Shown: one piece after another, positions 58,065 through 64,000 of the stretch | Layout: each line of letters starts with the position of its first letter | Position numbering within the stretch: position 1 is the first letter of the stretch | Source: Candidatus Uhrbacteria bacterium | GTDB lineage: Bacteria > Patescibacteriota > Patescibacteriia > GWA2-47-26 | Length of the DNA: 64,000 bases | Assembly: GCA_016187515.1 (NCBI GenBank) | Contig: JACPJN010000009.1 | Location: forward strand, 4,891-68,890 | Direction: 5' to 3' | Position numbers and translations under genes: made by a program | Notes under the pieces: generated by a model | What the model saw: the letters and a program-made list of their open reading frames with translations, nothing else | Told to the model about the DNA's origin: nothing | Database searches by the model: none

Positions 58065-58711
58065 TATTTCTCCGCAATCTCCACTTTCTGCACGAAGACG
58101 GGTACGAGCGGTTTTGAGGACTCGCCGGAAAAGGCGCGGGTTACCGGCGCGGTCGCGATTGTATCCACCACATCCAGGCCGGAGACCACGCGTCCAAAAA
58201 TCACATAGCTTCGCGGAAGCGGATAATCCGCGTGCATGATGAAGAATTGACTGCCATTGGTATTGGGGCCGGCGTTGGCCATCGCAACCGTGCCGCGTAA
58301 GTATGCGCCCGTAAACGGCTCGTCATTAAATTGATACCCGGGCCCGCCGGTGCCATCCCCCTGGGGATCCCCGCCTTGGATCATAAATCCGCGAATCGCC
58401 CGATGAAACGGCGTACCGTTATAAAAACCGCTGCGCGCCAGGTAAACAAAATTATTTACCGTAATCGGGGTCTGGGCCGCGTTCAGCTCAATCGCGATGG
58501 TACCTGCGGAAGTCAAAAGCACTGCGGTATAGGCCTTTGTTTTGTCAATCATCATTGCGGGTTTTGAAAGTGTTTGAGGCATAATGGGTTGATTGGTATT
58601 AGCTTGAGTCAGTGCGGACGGAGGTGTGACAGATGACGTGGTGGCTGGCACCCTACCACATCCGGCACCAGCAAGTATTAAGAGTGAAAATACGGAGAAA
58701 TATTTTTTCAT
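58064..58711 (-). CDS. Cyclophilin-type peptidyl-prolyl isomerase, lipoprotein
   Basis: Lipobox LILAGAGC. Cyclophilin core HRAIRGFMIQGGDP...GTVAMANAGPNTNGSQFFI. Confidence 0.8.
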   Translation of the reverse strand: MKKYFSVFSLLILAGAGCGRVPATTSSVTPPSALTQANTNQPIMPQTLSKPAMMIDKTKAYTAVLLTSAGTIAIELNAAQTPITVNNFVYLARSGFYNGTPFHRAIRGFMIQGGDPQGDGTGGPGYQFNDEPFTGAYLRGTVAMANAGPNTNGSQFFIMHADYPLPRSYVIFGRVVSGLDVVDTIATAPVTRAFSGESSKPLVPVFVQKVEIAEK

Positions 58712-58736
58712 ACAACAACAGTAGTGTATTTACGAT

Positions 58737-59072
58737 TTATCGCCCCGCGCGGGCCGCGTAAGCAAAATAATAAAAATATTTATCAAGGTCTTCAAGTGTG
58801 CTGCCGTATTCTTTACCGCCATAATACGCATCGCATACCACTTCGCGCGCACGTGCAATCTCTTTTAAGCGATGCGCTTTTATCCAGCGCGGATCCGCAA
58901 GCGTAAGGTCAAGGAGTTCAAGCGCACGAAATATTGAGTTCTCAAAATATCGAGTATTTTTACCTTGCCAATGGCGTGCGCGACTAATTTCACTCCCCAC
59001 ATTTCCAAGCTGTTCCATAAGTGACAAAGTAAACCATCGCCCGTCTGCCAAATCTTGATGCTGGAAAGACAT
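58737..59072 (-). CDS. MazG-like all-alpha NTP pyrophosphohydrolase family protein (weak)
   Basis: LMEQLGNVGSEISRA resembles the MazG EExGE region. Adjacent to a clear MazG gene. Confidence 0.3.
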   Translation of the reverse strand: MSFQHQDLADGRWFTLSLMEQLGNVGSEISRARHWQGKNTRYFENSIFRALELLDLTLADPRWIKAHRLKEIARAREVVCDAYYGGKEYGSTLEDLDKYFYYFAYAARAGR

Positions 59073-59073
59073 A

Positions 59074-59415
59074 CTATGGGGTTACTAACTTATCTACAGC
59101 CGCTTTAATCTGTGTCCGTATTGCTTCACTTTCAACGCCGCGCGAACGATTTCCTTGCCATGGTCGCAGATTAATCATGGAGTCAAATTCAATCCAGGCA
59201 TCCTTGTCCTGTTCCGGATAGATATTAATTCCCCAAAGATTTTCTTGCATTGAACCGGATTCCAAAAGCAACTGCTCTTCATCTGCGTGCATGCTCCCGC
59301 CTACTGCCATAATACCACGCGCAAGATCCACAACCGCCTTTACCATATCTCCAAATCGCTCTTTTGCCAGTTCCGCGAGTTCCGCTTTCGTTATTGATTG
59401 CTCAATAATCTTCAT
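59074..59415 (-). CDS. Conserved hypothetical protein (DUF5674-like)
   Basis: FGDMVKAVVDLARGIMAVGGSMHADEEQLLLESGSMQENLWGINIYP...FDSMINLRPWQGNRSRGVE pattern recalled for this DUF family. Unverified. Confidence 0.35.
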   Translation of the reverse strand: MKIIEQSITKAELAELAKERFGDMVKAVVDLARGIMAVGGSMHADEEQLLLESGSMQENLWGINIYPEQDKDAWIEFDSMINLRPWQGNRSRGVESEAIRTQIKAAVDKLVTP

Positions 59416-59430
59416 TGGAATGTAACTTAA

Positions 59431-59817
59431 TTACTTACGGATAATAAGCTCTCTAATAAAATCCCGACTATTTTTCCTCTTACGCTTGATGACCCGCCGT
59501 TCCGTAATTTTATTTTCCAGTTTGTTCATCGTCGCGACAAACTCTTTTTCCAGATTAATGCCCAGTTCATCCGCGATTATAAGCACGCTCCATAAACAGT
59601 CGGCCAGCTCGTGTTTTAGCGCCGCGCTGACGTCCTCCTCGGCCGAAAACCGCAGGCCCTTCTTCGCCATGATGAGTTTCATCAAATCGCCAACATCCCC
59701 CACTAATCCCTGCGTATATTCGGACGCGCCCCAAACCTTATTCCCTTCGCGGTAATTCAGCTTCGCGTATGCTTTTTTAATCGCTCGCGCGCGTTTGATA
59801 ATCTCGTGAAATTCCAT
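59431..59817 (-). CDS. MazG/YpjD-type nucleotide pyrophosphohydrolase
   Basis: LVGDVGDLMKLI...ELADCLWSVLIIADELGINLEKEF MazG motifs. Confidence 0.6.
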   Translation of the reverse strand: MEFHEIIKRARAIKKAYAKLNYREGNKVWGASEYTQGLVGDVGDLMKLIMAKKGLRFSAEEDVSAALKHELADCLWSVLIIADELGINLEKEFVATMNKLENKITERRVIKRKRKNSRDFIRELIIRK

Positions 59818-59820
59818 ATA

Positions 59821-62733
59821 TTATTTCCCATGACAATGTTTATATTTTAGTCGGGTTCCGTCTGACTTAGTCGCTCCGCACGGACATGGCTCATTGCGGC
59901 CAATTTTATGCCCTAGCCCCTGACCCCTAGACCCTAGACCCTCCGTATGCGGGTGATCCGCGACATAACCCGTGGCCGGGGCTTTGCCATCAGCTTGCGC
60001 CCCGACCGTAGTTGAGGCGGCTAAACCGCCCATCCCCCGCTCCATGGTTTTTGCCGGCGCGGATAATTGCATGCCCCGGCGAGAAAGCAAAGACGGCGCC
60101 TCTGGCGCGGTAAACCCGACTTTAAAAATACCATACACCACTTGCTTCTCAATCAGATGCTGCAACTCTTGAAACATCCGATAGGCCTCTTTTTTATAGG
60201 CCACCAGCGGCTCCTGCTGGCCATAGGCGCGCAATCCTATTCCGCACCGCAAATGATCAATCGCGTCCAGATGCTCCACCCAAAGCAGGTCAATCGCGCG
60301 CAGCCAGATGGCCTTTTCAATCTGCCGCATCGGCTGAATCTCGCCACTAAGCGACGGCGCATCGTCTTTCAGTGGCGAATTGATGCGCTGTTCAAGCGCT
60401 CCATACGCCTGCCGCGCCGTTTCCGCCAGTGTTTCCACAATTTTTGTCCGTGCCTGCGCATCTTCAAGTTTGCTCCCATTGCCCCCGTAAATATGCTCAA
60501 TCTGCTCGCGCAGATCAGCCGGCGCCGGGAAAATAGTGCGCGCCACTTCTATAATCTCCTGCACATTCCATTCATCACGGCTGCCGTTTGCCGGCGTATG
60601 AAACAACACCACTTGCTCAATTTCGCGTTCGATCATATGAAGGACTTCGTCCTTCAAGTTCACAGTCATCAGTTCACTGTTCACAGTAGTCTGATCGGAC
60701 TGTGAACTGTCGTCTGTGAACTGTGAACTCGTCGCAAGCACCTGCTTGCGACGCTTGTAAATCACCTCCCGGTGCTTGTTAATCACATCATCATATTCCA
60801 ACAGGTGTTTGCGAATATCAAAATTGTGCTGTTCCACTTTGCTCTGCGCCGACTCAATCGAGCGCGACACGAGTTTGCTCTCAATCGGCACGTCCTCCGG
60901 AATTTTGAACCGCGTCATCAGCGTTTTAACCCGTTCTCCGCCAAAAATCCGCATCAGCTCATCAGAAAGCGACACATAAAATTGCGTTGAACCCGGATCG
61001 CCTTGACGACCGGAGCGGCCGCGCAGCTGATTGTCAATGCGCCGCGATTCATGCCGCTCGGTACCCAGCACATGCAGCCCGCCTAACTTTTTGACCTCTT
61101 CGGCCTCCAAAAAGTTAGGCGGGTTTCCGCCCAAAATAATATCCACCCCGCGGCCGGCCATATTGGTCGCCACGGTTACCGCGCCGGCCCGGCCGGCTTG
61201 CGCGATAATTTCCGCTTCCTTCTCGTGGTTCTTGGCATTTAATAATTTATGCGGCACTCCCGCGCGCTCCAGCAATTGCGACAAAATTTCATTTTTCTCA
61301 ATAGAGATGGTGCCGACCAAAACCGGCTGACCGCGGCCGTGCCGTTCTTTAATCTCTTTAACCACCGCTTCAAATTTTCCCGGCTCGGTGCGATAGACGC
61401 GATCCGGAAGATCAGCGCGCACCATGGTTTTATTGGTCGGAACCACCACCACTTCCAAGCCATAGATTTTGTGAAACTCTTCGGACTCGGTTGCCGCGGT
61501 TCCGGTCATGCCGGAAAGTTTTTTATACAGGCGAAAATAATTTTGAAACGTAACCGTGGCGAGCGTTTGCGATTCCCGCTCGATTTTTACGCCCTCTTTC
61601 GCTTCCACGGCCTGATGTAAACCTTCGGACCAGCGGCGTCCGGGCATGAGCCGGCCGGTAAATTCATCAACAATCACGACCCCGTCATCGCGCACCACAT
61701 AATCCTTATCCTTGCGGTAAAGCGTGTGCGCCCGCAAGGCCTGCTCCGCGTGATGCACTAAACTCATTCCTCCGGCGTCATAAAGATTCGGAATATTTAG
61801 GAATTTTTCAAGTTTGGAAATCCCCGCCTCGGTAAAAGTCGCCGCGCGCATCTTTTCGTCAATATTGTAATCCTCGTTTTCTTTAAGGCGGGATACTAAA
61901 CCGGCAAATTTATAGTATAAGTCCCCGGACTCTTCCGCCGGAGCGGAAATAATCAGCGGGGTCCGCGCCTCATCTACCAAAATCGAATCCACCTCATCAA
62001 CAATCGCGTAGTGATGTCCCCTTTGCACCATTTCGGAGGAGGCGGTCACCATGTTGTCGCGTAAATAGTCAAATCCGTATTCGTTATTCGTGCCGTAAGT
62101 AATATCCGCGCCATACGCTTCTTGCCGAGAAACCGGCTTGAGCGCCTCACCCTCCACCACATACGCGCTTTCATGAGTAATGCACCCAACCGTAAGACCA
62201 AGCGCCTGGTACACTCGTCCCATCCATACGGCGTCGCGGCGCGCCAAATAATCATTCACGGTAACCACGTGCACGCCCTGGCCAGCAAGCGCGTTTAAAT
62301 ACGCTGGCAAGGTTGCCACCAGCGTTTTTCCTTCACCGGTGCGCATTTCGGAAATCGCGCCGCGATGCAAAACCATGCCACCAAGCAACTGCACATCATA
62401 ATGCCGCTGGCCAAGCGCGCGTCTGGCCGCCTCGCGTACCGCGGCAAAGGCCTCGGGGAGAAGGTCGTCAAGCGTCACGCCCCCTCCCCTAACCCCTCCC
62501 ACCAAGGGAGGGGAACTTTCTTGTATCTCCCTCTCCCCTTGTGGGAGAGGGCGGGGGTGAGGGGGTGCGTTCACACCAAGCCGCTCCCGAAACTCCGCCG
62601 TCTTCGCTTTCAACTCCTCATCCGACAATTTCAAAAACTCCGGCTCCAGCGCGTTAATCCGCTCCACGGCCGGCCGCAGCTTCGCCACATACCGCGCATG
62701 CGGATCGCCGAATATTTTCGAGATAATTGACAT
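59821..62733 (-). CDS. secA: Preprotein translocase ATPase SecA with two in-frame repeat insertions and a C-terminal zinc-binding tail
   Basis: DEAD motor domains. C-terminal [21 protein letters not shown]. Insert 62478-62568 falls between the conserved ...AEFRERL and [13 protein letters not shown] second insert at 60655-60730 encodes [21 protein letters not shown]. Confidence 0.9.
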   Translation of the reverse strand: MSIISKIFGDPHARYVAKLRPAVERINALEPEFLKLSDEELKAKTAEFRERLGVNAPPHPRPLPQGEREIQESSPPLVGGVRGGGVTLDDLLPEAFAAVREAARRALGQRHYDVQLLGGMVLHRGAISEMRTGEGKTLVATLPAYLNALAGQGVHVVTVNDYLARRDAVWMGRVYQALGLTVGCITHESAYVVEGEALKPVSRQEAYGADITYGTNNEYGFDYLRDNMVTASSEMVQRGHHYAIVDEVDSILVDEARTPLIISAPAEESGDLYYKFAGLVSRLKENEDYNIDEKMRAATFTEAGISKLEKFLNIPNLYDAGGMSLVHHAEQALRAHTLYRKDKDYVVRDDGVVIVDEFTGRLMPGRRWSEGLHQAVEAKEGVKIERESQTLATVTFQNYFRLYKKLSGMTGTAATESEEFHKIYGLEVVVVPTNKTMVRADLPDRVYRTEPGKFEAVVKEIKERHGRGQPVLVGTISIEKNEILSQLLERAGVPHKLLNAKNHEKEAEIIAQAGRAGAVTVATNMAGRGVDIILGGNPPNFLEAEEVKKLGGLHVLGTERHESRRIDNQLRGRSGRQGDPGSTQFYVSLSDELMRIFGGERVKTLMTRFKIPEDVPIESKLVSRSIESAQSKVEQHNFDIRKHLLEYDDVINKHREVIYKRRKQVLATSSQFTDDSSQSDQTTVNSELMTVNLKDEVLHMIEREIEQVVLFHTPANGSRDEWNVQEIIEVARTIFPAPADLREQIEHIYGGNGSKLEDAQARTKIVETLAETARQAYGALEQRINSPLKDDAPSLSGEIQPMRQIEKAIWLRAIDLLWVEHLDAIDHLRCGIGLRAYGQQEPLVAYKKEAYRMFQELQHLIEKQVVYGIFKVGFTAPEAPSLLSRRGMQLSAPAKTMERGMGGLAASTTVGAQADGKAPATGYVADHPHTEGLGSRGQGLGHKIGRNEPCPCGATKSDGTRLKYKHCHGK
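62478..62568. repeat. Family-1-related GC hairpin pair, in frame in secA
   Basis: CCCCTCCCCTAACCCCTCCCACCAAGGGAGGGG and CTCCCTCTCCCCTTGTGGGAGAGGGCGGGGGTGAGGGGG. Confidence 0.8.
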
Positions 62734-62750
62734 AGAAATAGCATTGTACC

Positions 62751-64000
62751 CTAAAACCCGACTAATTGCACCTCCTCTTTAAGTTCAATGTCAAATTTAT
62801 CGCGAACGCGCTTTTTAATCTCCTCCGCCAGCGCCACAATATCATGGGCGGAAGCGCCGCCAAAATTCACCAGCGATAAGGAATGCTTCGGCGAAATACC
62901 CGCCTCACCCCGGCGGTACCCTTTTGAAAATCCGGCGCTTTGCAGCAGACAAGCGGCCGAAACTTTCACTTTTTCCTCCCCCCTTAAGGTAAGGGGGGAT
63001 TGAGGGGGGTTATGCACCTTCTCATCCTCCACTGTCCAATACCACGGATCAGGACACTCTTGTATCATGCCCTGTAGTTTTTCAAATTGATCACGGGACA
63101 CGATGGGATTCATGAAAAACGATCCGGCGGTTTTAAAACTTTCATACTCCGGCATAATCACGTATCCTTTCCGCGCGCGAATTTCAATTACGGCCTGGCG
63201 CACTTCGGCAAGAGAAGGTGAAATTTCATAACTCCCCCTCCCCCCTCTTACCTTAAGAGGGGGAATCGATGGATCTCCCTCCCTTAGGTTAAGGGAGGGC
63301 GAGGGAGGGTTACGAAAATACTCCGTCAAATCATGATAAGCAATGAGCGGCGCTCCACTGGGCGTCAGTTCCAATGTTACTTGCGTAATAATATAACGCC
63401 CTTTCATTTTTTTAAAAATACTGGCGCGGTATCCAAATTCACACCCGGCATTATCAAAAGTTACACGCGCCCCGTCTTTAGAATCAATTGCTTCAACACT
63501 TCGGATCACCGTGTCCACACTCTGCCCGTAAGCCCCGATATTCTGCACCGGCGCGGCGCCCACCGTGCCCGGAATTCCGGATAAACACTCAATTCCGGCC
63601 AAATTGCGCTCCACACACTGCGCCACTAACTCATCCCAAATTTCTCCCGCGCCAGCCGTGACTAAGGCGCGATTTTCTTCAATGCGCCACTCCACCCCCT
63701 TAATCTGCGTCATAATCGCCAGACCATCAAACCCCTTGTCGCTGACCAGAATATTACTTCCCCCGCCAAACATGAAAAATGGAATCGCGCACTCGTGAGC
63801 CGCCGTAATCGCGCGCACCAGGTCGTCGGCCGTGCGCGCCACAAAAAAATACCTGGCCGCCCCGCCGATCTTAAAGGTAGTAAATGGGGCTAAGAGTATA
63901 TCATGCTCTAATTCTTCTCCTAAGCGCTCCTTTAATGCGCGATGTGCTGATTCCGCAGATGCACTAGGTGCCGCAGATGACGCAGATGATTGATCATCTG
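62751..64000 (-). CDS. murB: UDP-N-acetylenolpyruvoylglucosamine reductase MurB (frame open to the window end; N-terminal S/A-rich extension or fusion)
   Basis: FAD-binding N-terminus [26 protein letters not shown] continues upstream of the GTG at 63842 with no stop up to 64000. Two in-frame repeat inserts at 62985-63014 and 63227-63314. Confidence 0.75.
   Translation of the reverse strand, partial: DDQSSASSAAPSASAESAHRALKERLGEELEHDILLAPFTTFKIGGAARYFFVARTADDLVRAITAAHECAIPFFMFGGGSNILVSDKGFDGLAIMTQIKGVEWRIEENRALVTAGAGEIWDELVAQCVERNLAGIECLSGIPGTVGAAPVQNIGAYGQSVDTVIRSVEAIDSKDGARVTFDNAGCEFGYRASIFKKMKGRYIITQVTLELTPSGAPLIAYHDLTEYFRNPPSPSLNLREGDPSIPPLKVRGGRGSYEISPSLAEVRQAVIEIRARKGYVIMPEYESFKTAGSFFMNPIVSRDQFEKLQGMIQECPDPWYWTVEDEKVHNPPQSPLTLRGEEKVKVSAACLLQSAGFSKGYRRGEAGISPKHSLSLVNFGGASAHDIVALAEEIKKRVRDKFDIELKEEVQLVGF

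Overview
This is a gene-dense stretch of bacterial chromosome, about 50% GC, with most genes on the minus strand. The gene content hints at a reduced-genome lineage, possibly CPR/Patescibacteria-like, but this cannot be shown from sequence alone. The hints are a short rpoA lacking the alpha-CTD, a 635-aa AlaRS, four salvage-type PRTase paralogs and a compact F1Fo operon. Core genes found: ftsQ, a xerC-like recombinase, an M23 peptidase, gltX, CIRCE-controlled clpB, def-fmt, a UvrD-like helicase-nuclease, an ATP-grasp ligase, a complete F1Fo ATP synthase operon (atpI-like, B, E, F, H, A, G, D, C), a GT4 glycosyltransferase, two Nudix hydrolases, a Wzx/MurJ-like flippase, the rpsI-rplM-rplQ-rpoA-rpsD-rpsK-rpsM-rpmJ-infA cluster, alaS, mnmA, secD/secF, a PRTase x4 / TrpR-like / kinase cluster, MazG-like genes, secA and murB. 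No tRNA, rRNA or CRISPR was detected. Observations worth a second look: (1) Several families of short GC-rich palindromic 'word' repeats are inserted in frame in essential genes (atpD, atpG, secA, alaS, mnmA, murB, gltX, GT4, helicase), giving PPLTLRGG-like peptides, and they also build intergenic hairpins. (2) A GC-rich island carries an IS110-family DEDD transposase flanked by about 150-bp direct repeats rich in GNRA-tetraloop hairpins, a candidate bridge-RNA-like guide. (3) Four GC-rich islands each carry a CTTGACA-N17-TATCAT/TATCCT extended -10 promoter. (4) A recoded, displaced copy of the last 19 codons of atpG lies downstream of a roughly 200-bp insert inside the atp operon. (5) A VirD4/TraD-like ATPase and a membrane protein sit on a high-GC island. 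(6) A promoter-to-terminator structured sRNA candidate of about 225 nt lies at 30937-31160. (7) SecD carries two embedded parvulin PPIase domains.
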